64,000 nt of DNA from assembly GCA_047602755.1 (NCBI GenBank), contig JBLKOM010000006.1, positions 77,561 through 141,560 on the forward strand. Direction: 5' to 3'. Both the position numbers and the translations under genes were made by a program. This DNA is from Candidatus Woesearchaeota archaeon. GTDB taxonomy: Archaea; Nanobdellota; Nanobdellia; Woesearchaeales; JACJVV01. Below the pieces are notes generated by a model, which saw only the letters and a program-made list of their open reading frames with translations, ran no database searches and was not told where the DNA came from. Shown here one piece after another: positions 48,621 to 58,007 of this stretch (positions within the stretch are counted from its first letter, which is position 1; each line of letters starts with the position of its first letter).

Positions 48621-51371
48621 TTATTCAAATTTAATATTAATACCTTGAAGCATACTTTGTTCTATGAATTCTTCCCGAATTGACATTTTTATTACTTCTG
48701 ATAATACCACAATTACAAAACCTAATACAAAGACAACAGTCCAATCAATTAGATTAAGGGATATTGTTCCAAATATTTCTCTTCCAAATTCTGTATGTAT
48801 TGCTAAAATTGTAACAAAAAAAGATGCAAAAAATGCTACAAATACAGACGGATTTTTCAAGAAACCATCTTTGAATACAGTATCATGAAGTCTTTTTGCA
48901 TTAAAGATATGAAATAATCCAGATACTATTAAGACTGCAAAAGACATAGTCATTGCTCTTGCTAAGGAAGATTGCATAATATTTATCTCCCATAGGAAAA
49001 TTCCAAATGAAGTAAATAACATAACAGGTGCAATTGTTAATATTTTAGTTATAATATATCTAGATAATAGTTTAGAATTAGAAGGTCTTGGTTTTTGAGC
49101 CATAATATTAGCATGTGATGGTTCAATACTTAATGCTAGAGCTGGAAATGTACTCGTAACAAAATTAACAAATAAAATCATTAAAGGTGATAATGGTAAA
49201 TTCATACTAAATCCAAATAATACTGCTAAAAAAATAATACCTACTTGAGAAAAATTACCAGTTAAAAGATAATATATAAACCTTACAATATTGCAATATA
49301 TTGTTCTTCCTTCTTTTATTGCTTGCACTATTGTAGTAAAGTTATCATCATTTAATACCATATCTGAAGCTTCTCTAGCTACATCAGTTCCTTTCTTACC
49401 CATTGCAACACCAATATCTGCTTTTTTTAATGCTGGTGCATCATTAACACCATCACCAGTCATTGCAACAATCTCACCTTTTCTTTGCAAAGAAGAAACA
49501 ATTCTAAATTTATGTTCAGGGGTTGTTCTAGCAAATATACAAATATCTTCAATCATTGAATCAAGTTCTTTATCAGTCCAAGTATCAAGTTCATGCCCCT
49601 CAATAATCTTGAATCTTTGCTTGGTTACAATATTTAATTGTTTTCCAATATGCTCTGCTGTTGATTTATGGTCACCTGTAATCATAATTACTTCTACGCC
49701 AGCATCTTTACAATCTAAAATTGCTTCATAAACATCGCTTCTTATTGGATCTCTGATTCCAACAATACCCTCTAAAACAAATTTATTTTTTAATGATTTA
49801 GATATTTCTGTATCTGATTTGTAATTCTTTAATTCCTTGGTTGCAACAGCCATTACACGTAATCCTTCTGAACTATAAGAATGAATCTTTTTCAATAAAG
49901 AAGAACGTTTTTTAGAAGTAAGTTTTATAAATTTATTATTAATTCTATAATATGTACATTTATCAATAACTTTTTCAGATGCACCTTTCATATAAGCAAT
50001 TACAGAACGTTTATTTTTTATTTTGTTAACAGTAATCATATATTTATCCTTTGGGTCAAAAGGAATTTCAAATATTCTTTTATTTTCTTTTTTAATTGTA
50101 GAATCATTTAATTTTAAACTTTTTGCAATTGTTAAAAAAGCACCTTCAGTTGGCTCACCGATAAGTTCCCATTCTTTATTAATCATAGATAATTCTGAAT
50201 CATTACACAAAATACAAGCTGATAAAAATTTGTCATATCTTTTTAATAATGATACACTAATTTCACGGTTTTTATGAAAAAATCTATTATAAGGTTCATA
50301 TGGTTTACCTTTAACTGTAAATTCTTTTTCATCTGCAAACATTATTTTCTCTGCAAACATTCTATTTTCTGTTAATGTACCTGTTTTATCACTACATATT
50401 ACTGTAGTTGTGCCTAAAGTTTCAACAGAATTAAGATTTTTGATTATTGCATTATGCTTAGCCATTCGTTTAACTCCTTTTGATAACGCTAATGTCATCG
50501 ATAAAGGAAAACTTTCAGGGATTCCAGCCACTATTACTGAACCTACAACAAGTATTGAAATTGGTAATGGAGTATTAAAATAATTTAATATTACAAATAA
50601 TATTGCACCACATATAATTACAATCCAAGAAAGATTAGTGCTCATTTTATCAACTTTAATTTGTAAAGGAGTTTTTTTACCCTCTAAACTTTTAATTGTT
50701 GAAGTAATTTTTCCAATTTCAGTATTAAGACCAGTTTTTACAACAAGACCTATTCCTCTCCCACTAGTGATTGATGTTCCACTAAAACACATATTATCCT
50801 GATCACCAAGAACAACGTTTTTACTATGAATAGTATCAATGTGTTTATGTTTTGTTAATGATTCACCTGTTAAAATAGATTCATCGATTGTTAAACTATT
50901 ACTCTCAATAACTCTTAAATCTGCTGGAATTATTACTCCTCGTTTAAGATAAATTATATCCCCTGGGACAATATCTTCTGAATTAATTGTGATTTTTTGG
51001 CCACTACGTAATACTTCAATAGTTTTTACAGATAACTTAGAAATAGCTTGCAGAGTTCTATCAGCACTATACTCTTGTATAAAACTTAGAATTATTGTTA
51101 TAAATATAATAAACATAATAACATAGAATTCAATTGCATGGTCCAAAAAATATGAAATTAAACCTGCTGTAAAAAGAACATATATTAATATATTATTTAC
51201 TTGTTTAAGAAACATTTTAACAACTCTAAATGAATCCTCACGAACTAAAGTGTTTTTACCATATTTTGCAAGTCTAATATCTGATTCTTCCTTAGTAATA
51301 CCATTAAAATTAGAACCTAGCTGTTTTAAGGATTCATCAACAGAAATGCTATAAAAGTTCTCGGCCACCAT
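48621..51371 (-). CDS. Cation-transporting P-type ATPase (P2A, Ca2+-like)
   Basis: TGES, IPESFP, DKTGT, KGASE, TGDGVNDAPALK. Confidence 0.93.
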   Translation of the reverse strand: MVAENFYSISVDESLKQLGSNFNGITKEESDIRLAKYGKNTLVREDSFRVVKMFLKQVNNILIYVLFTAGLISYFLDHAIEFYVIMFIIFITIILSFIQEYSADRTLQAISKLSVKTIEVLRSGQKITINSEDIVPGDIIYLKRGVIIPADLRVIESNSLTIDESILTGESLTKHKHIDTIHSKNVVLGDQDNMCFSGTSITSGRGIGLVVKTGLNTEIGKITSTIKSLEGKKTPLQIKVDKMSTNLSWIVIICGAILFVILNYFNTPLPISILVVGSVIVAGIPESFPLSMTLALSKGVKRMAKHNAIIKNLNSVETLGTTTVICSDKTGTLTENRMFAEKIMFADEKEFTVKGKPYEPYNRFFHKNREISVSLLKRYDKFLSACILCNDSELSMINKEWELIGEPTEGAFLTIAKSLKLNDSTIKKENKRIFEIPFDPKDKYMITVNKIKNKRSVIAYMKGASEKVIDKCTYYRINNKFIKLTSKKRSSLLKKIHSYSSEGLRVMAVATKELKNYKSDTEISKSLKNKFVLEGIVGIRDPIRSDVYEAILDCKDAGVEVIMITGDHKSTAEHIGKQLNIVTKQRFKIIEGHELDTWTDKELDSMIEDICIFARTTPEHKFRIVSSLQRKGEIVAMTGDGVNDAPALKKADIGVAMGKKGTDVAREASDMVLNDDNFTTIVQAIKEGRTIYCNIVRFIYYLLTGNFSQVGIIFLAVLFGFSMNLPLSPLMILFVNFVTSTFPALALSIEPSHANIMAQKPRPSNSKLLSRYIITKILTIAPVMLFTSFGIFLWEINIMQSSLARAMTMSFAVLIVSGLFHIFNAKRLHDTVFKDGFLKNPSVFVAFFASFFVTILAIHTEFGREIFGTISLNLIDWTVVFVLGFVIVVLSEVIKMSIREEFIEQSMLQGINIKFE

Positions 51372-51519
51372 CTTTTTAGTAACCTATAAGATACTACATT
51401 TATATTTATTTTGGATATTTTAATAGAAAATTGTGTTTTTGATAAAAAAGAAGAAAAGTCCGATTATAATCAACTTATCCATATTATTATATTAGAAAAT
51501 AAAAATTATAATCTTAAAC

Positions 51520-52152
51520 TTATTTAATTGGAACTAATTGGGTTTTATACTTGTTAAATAAGATTTTTATATCCTCTGTAAAAACTTTAGAATCTTTCTT
51601 TATCTCTTTATCTAACTCTTCTGCTGTGTACATCTGAATACCAGAACTTTCTCCATCAATAAATTGAATAGGACCATCATAATAACCAATATATACTGTT
51701 TGCATGTATGGTTGAATAAACTTTTAACCTTTTTGAGATATTCTAATTGATAAAAAATTTGACTGATAGTCTATCTCTTTAAAAAGACCAACAATCCTTA
51801 AATCAGTTTTATTCAAAGCTCGTGAAAAATCCTTTTTTGATAAAATAGATACAGGAAATCCTAATTCCTCAGAACATTCTTTAATTAATGTAAGTTCATA
51901 TGAGTCGCCTTCTCCTACATGTCCACCAATTGTTTTATCAAATAAACCAGCATTTTCATTTTTAGATAAACTACGTCGTTGAAGGATTATCTTACCTTTT
52001 GAATTCATCAATATCAATAACACACGCTTAATTTGTTTTGAAATCTTATTTGTTTTTTTAAACTCTGAGCGAATCTCCTGATAGAATTCTTCTCGATCTT
52101 TAATCTCAATTAAATTTTCATTTAAGTCATATATTTCTAATTTTTCAGTCAT
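51520..52152 (-). pseudogene. NUDIX hydrolase (IPP-isomerase-like) interrupted by one in-frame TAA at 51724-51726
   Basis: GGHVGEGDSY...KE.SEELG Nudix box; the frame continues ...QKG*KFIQPYMQTVYIG... to 51520. Confidence 0.8.
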
Positions 52153-52241
52153 TATATGTATTTATCTATATTGTTTAATAAATTTTTCTAAAGAATTCAA
52201 TAACTTTAACTGATACTATAAACTAATCTTATTCTTAAGAA

Positions 52242-55200
52242 TTATTTAACATATTTTGAATTTTCTTTCAAATAATTAATAAGTGATTTAGGCCATACTT
52301 TAGGGATAGGAGGTTCTAATAAATCATTTAACCATTTTTTGAATTTTCTATCAAAAATTCCCTTTGGATTTTCTATAAAACGCTCAAGTTCAAAATAAAT
52401 TAATGGTTCAAGATTAACATTTCTATGAACTTCATGCATTTCTTGTAATAATTTGGAAATTTTTTGCTGGTTTGTATCATTTTCAGCTTTCAAAGAAGTA
52501 TTATCATTAGTTTTATTATCTTTACTATCAGAATTATTCCATTCATCTTCATATGAGAAATATTCATCAGCTTTTTTAATCAAGAATTCTGCAAGATCTT
52601 TAGGCCATTTTCTTCTAACAAATTTTTCATATTTTTTAATTTTCTGTAAAATATCTTTATCAAAAGGTTGCTCATTTATACAACGAGCAATTTGCATTTT
52701 TGCTTCTAATGGTATTTTATCTTCTAAATCATATAACTGTTTTGCTAATTTCTTTTGAGATTTATTTCCACGATGTTTTATATGAGAAATAAAATCTTTA
52801 AATTCTCTAACTGGATTTGCTGTCAAATCAATTTTAGGAAGATTAAAATCAAAGGCCTCATTTTTTTTACCTTTATCAACTGCAATCTTTGCTAAAACAA
52901 ATTCATGCATACGCTTTAGGAAATCTAGCTTGTCATCTATTTTTAGTACATCAGTATAGCCTTGTAATACTAACTGAAATGCAAAAGGTGAGGGTATTTG
53001 TGTTGTTATTTCTTCTACTTTTGTTTTTGAATCACGTAAATTATTTACTACAACTATAGTGCTTTTTATATCCATTGAATCTTCAAGAACTTCACGCCTT
53101 GCTTCTTTTAAAACAGGAAAATCAGTACTTATTCCTTTAACTGCACTCATCAATATTGTAGAAATTGATTGTTGTTTTCCTGCTCTTTTTGTTCTTCCCA
53201 TATATGTACGTAAAATCATTAATGATCTTTCAGCACAATGTCTAAAACGACGTTTTAATACTTCAGTCTTATCAATTGCTAAATCCATTATTTGGTATAA
53301 ATCGCTTGTTGTTAATACTTTAATGATATCTTTAAGCTTAATACTCTTCTCTGTGCCTATGTAAAACCCATTATCATTAATTCCAATCTCAACATCAGTA
53401 TTTTCATACTTAGAGATAATATAACCTATAGCTCTTGAAAGACAGTCATTAACTCTTCTACCATATAATGTATGAAATATTATTTTTTTACCACGTTCAT
53501 CTTTATAGTATTCTACAAGTATACGCTTAGAAGAAGGGATTAATGCATAATCATATTGTTCTTTTAAATAAATATAAATTGCCTCAGCAGCCTTTTTATT
53601 AACATATAAATATGTATTAATGAAATCTATAATTTCTTTTTTAGATTTTTTTGCTTTGAATTTATCTTCCATTAAATTACGAAATTTAAGTATATCATTT
53701 GCAAGATCAAAACTTAACGGAAGCATTTCAGATACCCAACTTGGAACAGTTGGAGGTTTTCCAATACTTACTTCAACTGTTGCAGTCATTCCTCTTGCAT
53801 ATCTAAACTCATATGTTGCACCACCTAAAACAAAAATATCACGCTTTCTTAACCTCTCAAGAAAAGTTTCATCAAGACTTCCAATGATTTGATTTCCTAG
53901 TTTTACTTTTACACCAGATTGACTTGGTATTGTACCTATGTTAGTCATATATAATATTCTAGTCATTTTACCACGTTTGCCAATCTTACCATCTTTACGC
54001 CATATTTTTGAATAAACACTTCTATCTTCTAATTCAGAATATTCACCTGCAAGATAACTGATTATTGCATCAAAATCTCTTCTTGGTAAATCTCTATAAG
54101 AGTAGGTATTTGTTACAAGCTCATATAATTCATTTTCATCCCAAACTTCTTGAATAGCGGCACCAAGTACTTGCTGTGAGAGTACATCTAATGCATTTCT
54201 TGGGATGTAAATTCTATCAATTTTTTTTTCTACAGCATTTTTTAAAAGAACAGAACATTCAACCAAATCATCTCTATCCATTACAATTATTCTTCCTTTG
54301 GTAGTTTCATGCAATTTATGACCACTTCTACCTATACGTTGCAATGCTCTTGCAACTGTTTTTGGACTTCCTAAACAAATAACAAGATCAATATAACCAA
54401 TATCAATACCTAATTCTAATGATGTTGAACAAACAACAGCTTTAAGTTTTCCTTCACGTAATCTTCTTTCAATATTATGGCGATGTTCTTTACTTAAACT
54501 TCCATGATGAGCTCCAATACCTTTAGCATGATCGATTTCATCATCAGTTTTATCTATTGTCTCAGTATAATTTCTGGGAAACATTTCACGAAGATGATGA
54601 ACAACACGTTCAGTTGCAGCCCTAGTATTTGTAAAAATTAAAGTAGTTTTATGCTTCTGAATTAATTCATCAATTAATGCATAAGTTTTTCTATGAAGAT
54701 CAGAATATGTAATATCAACAAGATTATCAACTGCGGATATTACTTGTAAATCTAATTGTTTAATAAATTGTACATTAACAATTTTACATTCTCGATTATT
54801 TCCTACTAAGAATTCGGCAATCTCTTCCAAAGGAGAAACAGTAGCAGATAAACCAATTCTTGTTAAGGCACCATTGTTTAAGTGTTGCAATCTTTCAATA
54901 CTTAACATAAGATGAGTTCCACGTTTGTTTTCAGCAAGTGCGTGGATTTCATCAATAATACACCATTCAACATTTTTCATATTATCAACAAACTTAATTG
55001 AAGATAAAACTATTGCAAGACTTTCAGGAGTTGTTATTAATATATGAGGTGGTTTAGCAAGCATCTTCGCTTTTTCAGAAGTTGTTGTATCACCGCCACG
55101 TACTGCTACCCTTATATCAATTTCACGATTATATTTTCTTGCTATTTCTTTTATTTCTTCTAACGGCTCAACAAGATTTACTCTAATATCTTCATTAAGT

Positions 55201-55493
55201 GCTTTTAATGGTGATATATATATAGCATATATTCTATTCTCTAGTATTCCCTTATCAGCAGAATCTACTAATTCATTTAATATACTGAGAAAACCTGTTA
55301 AAGTTTTAGTTGCACCAGTTGGAGCTGAAACAACTATATTATTTCTGCTATGTATTTCCATAACTGCATGTAATTGAGGCAAGGAATAATCTTTAAATTT
55401 ACTATAAAACCACTCTTTCACAAAAGGATGTAAAATCTTATCTAATTCTGCTTTAGTGTTTGGTTTTTCTTTAAAGCTAATTCTTGTTTTCAT
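52242..55493 (-). CDS. lhr: Lhr-family ATP-dependent helicase with a C-terminal extension
   Basis: APTGATKT, SPLKAL, TTPES, DEIH, SAT, HHGSLS, SLELGIDIG, QRIGRSGH; probable start MKTRISF at 55493. Confidence 0.92.
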   Translation of the reverse strand: MKTRISFKEKPNTKAELDKILHPFVKEWFYSKFKDYSLPQLHAVMEIHSRNNIVVSAPTGATKTLTGFLSILNELVDSADKGILENRIYAIYISPLKALNEDIRVNLVEPLEEIKEIARKYNREIDIRVAVRGGDTTTSEKAKMLAKPPHILITTPESLAIVLSSIKFVDNMKNVEWCIIDEIHALAENKRGTHLMLSIERLQHLNNGALTRIGLSATVSPLEEIAEFLVGNNRECKIVNVQFIKQLDLQVISAVDNLVDITYSDLHRKTYALIDELIQKHKTTLIFTNTRAATERVVHHLREMFPRNYTETIDKTDDEIDHAKGIGAHHGSLSKEHRHNIERRLREGKLKAVVCSTSLELGIDIGYIDLVICLGSPKTVARALQRIGRSGHKLHETTKGRIIVMDRDDLVECSVLLKNAVEKKIDRIYIPRNALDVLSQQVLGAAIQEVWDENELYELVTNTYSYRDLPRRDFDAIISYLAGEYSELEDRSVYSKIWRKDGKIGKRGKMTRILYMTNIGTIPSQSGVKVKLGNQIIGSLDETFLERLRKRDIFVLGGATYEFRYARGMTATVEVSIGKPPTVPSWVSEMLPLSFDLANDILKFRNLMEDKFKAKKSKKEIIDFINTYLYVNKKAAEAIYIYLKEQYDYALIPSSKRILVEYYKDERGKKIIFHTLYGRRVNDCLSRAIGYIISKYENTDVEIGINDNGFYIGTEKSIKLKDIIKVLTTSDLYQIMDLAIDKTEVLKRRFRHCAERSLMILRTYMGRTKRAGKQQSISTILMSAVKGISTDFPVLKEARREVLEDSMDIKSTIVVVNNLRDSKTKVEEITTQIPSPFAFQLVLQGYTDVLKIDDKLDFLKRMHEFVLAKIAVDKGKKNEAFDFNLPKIDLTANPVREFKDFISHIKHRGNKSQKKLAKQLYDLEDKIPLEAKMQIARCINEQPFDKDILQKIKKYEKFVRRKWPKDLAEFLIKKADEYFSYEDEWNNSDSKDNKTNDNTSLKAENDTNQQKISKLLQEMHEVHRNVNLEPLIYFELERFIENPKGIFDRKFKKWLNDLLEPPIPKVWPKSLINYLKENSKYVK

Positions 55494-55757
55494 ACTTATA
55501 TTTAGTATTTTTTTGGGCATATATACACAAATTTTAAAACGTTTATAAGCCTTATGAAGCAATGTCTTATGGTAATAATTAATATAAAGCCAAAGGCCAA
55601 ATTTAAGATAATAGTCTCATTCCCAACATATTTATCGTCAATAAATAGTCCCAATTTATAATTGGGATTAAGATGATAATAACACAAAAGTTAGCTGATA
55701 ATATAGGTAAGACTATGCTACATAAAATATATATACTACTTTCATTTAAAGCAAAAG

Positions 55758-56342
55758 ATGATTAGTTTTGTTGAAGCAAATGATATATTACAGCCTTTAA
55801 TTATTTTTATAGTTGGGGTTGTAATGTATGCTGTATTTATTTTTCATTTCTATAGATTTTTAGGAAAAAAAGATATAATAAAATTAGATCTTGAACAATA
55901 TAATAATAGCTCATTTGCTTGGATAAGAAAATTAGTTAGGATGTTTTTTTATATTATTAAATACATCATAATGGTACCAGTTTTCATTTTTTTTTGGTTT
56001 GGTGTTTTGACATTATTACTTTCATTTCTTTCTAAGCACTCAGATGTTTCACAAATTTTACTAGTTGCAATGGCAATGATAAGTGCAATTAGAATTACTT
56101 CATATTATAATGAGGCATTATCAACAGACCTTGCAAAAATGCTTCCTTTTGCATTACTTGGAGTATATATTGTTGATGTTACATTCTTTCAAACTGGTGC
56201 TAGTTTAGAAATATTAATGCAAGTTCCAGATCAATGGAGTATGTTAATATATTACTTTGGATTTGTTGTTTCACTAGAGTTCATATTAAGATTAATACAT
56301 GGGACTATAAACTTATTTGCTGGAAAAATTAAGAATGATTGA
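55758..56342 (+). CDS. Membrane protein
   Basis: 194 aa, 4-5 TM, AIRITSYY.E.LS.DLAKMLPF segment. Confidence 0.75.
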   Translation: MISFVEANDILQPLIIFIVGVVMYAVFIFHFYRFLGKKDIIKLDLEQYNNSSFAWIRKLVRMFFYIIKYIIMVPVFIFFWFGVLTLLLSFLSKHSDVSQILLVAMAMISAIRITSYYNEALSTDLAKMLPFALLGVYIVDVTFFQTGASLEILMQVPDQWSMLIYYFGFVVSLEFILRLIHGTINLFAGKIKND

Positions 56343-56367
56343 TAGTTAAAAAAGTAAAATTATAGTG

Positions 56368-56447
56368 TGTAAAAAGTCTGCTTGCACGGCGCAATTATAT
56401 TTTTTCTTAGAAAAAATATCGCCTCATTGGGCAAAGCTGACTTTTTA
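56368..56447. repeat. ~80-bp structured palindromic element, copy 2
   Basis: TAAAAAGTC...GACTTTTTA termini and an inner hairpin; homologous to 40453-40533. Confidence 0.85.
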
Positions 56448-56662
56448 TTTATAATTTCTTGAATATTTTGTAAAATAATAATTTTAAACGTTGAAACACT
56501 AAAATATTGCGTTCTTAGACTATTTTGATTAGATAAATTACGAAGAATGGTATATATATAAGGCATTACTTTCATATTTTTTATAAGGCAAATATGAACT
56601 TAAACAGATTAGATTAAATTCGAAAATTAATTCAATATAAAAGATAATATTGGAGGATTAAC

Positions 56663-57376
56663 ATGATTACTATAACTGAAAGGATTAAAGATATATTAAA
56701 CAACAGCAAAAAATACGATATTGAAAGAAAAGTATTTTCTTATAGTATTATATTATTTTTATTAATTACGGGAATTCAAGCAATAGCATATTTTATTTTT
56801 CTGAAGAATATACCTAATTTTATTTCAATATATGGATGGTGGCTATTCTATCTTAATATAAGTATTGCAACTGGTGCAACAGCAATTTGGAATATCTTTG
56901 CTTATAAAGCTAAAATAAGTTGTATGGTTGGAATGATGATTGCTATGACCATTGGAATGCAAACTGGAATGATGATAGGAGCTGTTATTGGAGCTACAAA
57001 TGGATATTTTACTGGTGCTTTAAGTGGAATGCTTATTGGAACAATAGCAGGAATAATTGGTGGAAGACTTTCTACTACAATGGGATTGATGCATGGAATG
57101 ATGGCTGGAGTGATGGGTGGTACAATGGGGCCAATGATTACAGTTATGATGTTTACCAATAATGTATTATTCTTTATGCCATTTTATATTATAATTAATG
57201 TTGCTATTTTGTTTTCTATGACAATTATGCTTTATGAAGAATTTGTTGAAAACCAGCATGATGTTATAAAGAAACCAACAGATTTTACAACATTAGCATC
57301 ATTAACAATTGTAGCAACAATGATTATTATGGCAATTATAATTTATACACCGAAATCTGTTTTTATAGGAGGTTAA
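56663..57376 (+). CDS. Met/Gly-rich membrane protein, probably copper-related
   Basis: CMVGMMIAMTIGM and GMMAGVMGGTMGPM; first gene upstream of the cupredoxin and copA. Confidence 0.75.
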   Translation: MITITERIKDILNNSKKYDIERKVFSYSIILFLLITGIQAIAYFIFLKNIPNFISIYGWWLFYLNISIATGATAIWNIFAYKAKISCMVGMMIAMTIGMQTGMMIGAVIGATNGYFTGALSGMLIGTIAGIIGGRLSTTMGLMHGMMAGVMGGTMGPMITVMMFTNNVLFFMPFYIIINVAILFSMTIMLYEEFVENQHDVIKKPTDFTTLASLTIVATMIIMAIIIYTPKSVFIGG

Positions 57377-57380
57377 GAAA

Positions 57381-57947
57381 ATGAGTAACTCAGGGAATAT
57401 TACAATAAATAAAAAAACATTACTAATTGGATTAGCAATATTTTCAGTATTAATATTTAGTGTGTTTGGTTTTATATCTATGAATAATGATAATAGTAAT
57501 ACCTTAACAGGTAATTCTATATCAAATATAGATCAAACAGGTAATTATCAAGAAGTATTACTAGAGTTTGTTGATTTTAGATATGAAATGACACCTTCAC
57601 AAATTATCAAAGATGTACCTGTAAGAATGACTGTTGATCTTAACACTGCATTTGGATGTTATAGAGATATACTAATACCTGAATTTAATGTTAGAAAATA
57701 TGTTAGACCCAATGATAATGTAATTACGTTTACTCCTACAAAAACAGGAACATTTACAATAATGTGTAGTATGGATATGGCTAGAGGAACATTTCAAGTT
57801 GTAGAAAGTACATCAGGAAATAGTAATAATAATAATTTAGGCAATCTTCAAAAAAGTGATTCTGAAAAAAATTCTGATGAAATCGAAGGATGTCAAGTAA
57901 TAATACCGAACATGAATGAAGAAGCAAATATAGGATGTGAATTATAA
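57381..57947 (+). CDS. Membrane-anchored cupredoxin-domain (CupA-like) protein
   Basis: GC...I.IPEF.V...ITFTP.KTG.F...CSM.M.RG. Confidence 0.85.
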   Translation: MSNSGNITINKKTLLIGLAIFSVLIFSVFGFISMNNDNSNTLTGNSISNIDQTGNYQEVLLEFVDFRYEMTPSQIIKDVPVRMTVDLNTAFGCYRDILIPEFNVRKYVRPNDNVITFTPTKTGTFTIMCSMDMARGTFQVVESTSGNSNNNNLGNLQKSDSEKNSDEIEGCQVIIPNMNEEANIGCEL

Positions 57948-58007
57948 AAATACAAGTAGTTGTATTATTTTGAAGGAGATAGGATGTAATATAGATGGGT
58001 AAATAAA

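Noticed and set aside
51459..51484. Possible Xer dif site (CCGATTATAA-TCAAC-TTATCC)
   Set aside because: The spacer is 5 bp rather than 6 and the arms are poorly symmetric
51724..51726. Stop-codon reassignment or selenocysteine/pyrrolysine readthrough
   Set aside because: The codon is TAA, and TAA, TAG and TGA all end conserved genes normally in this window
56360..56575. 71-aa minus-strand ORF
   Set aside because: Overlaps the structured 80-bp element and the copper-operon promoter region; no coding features
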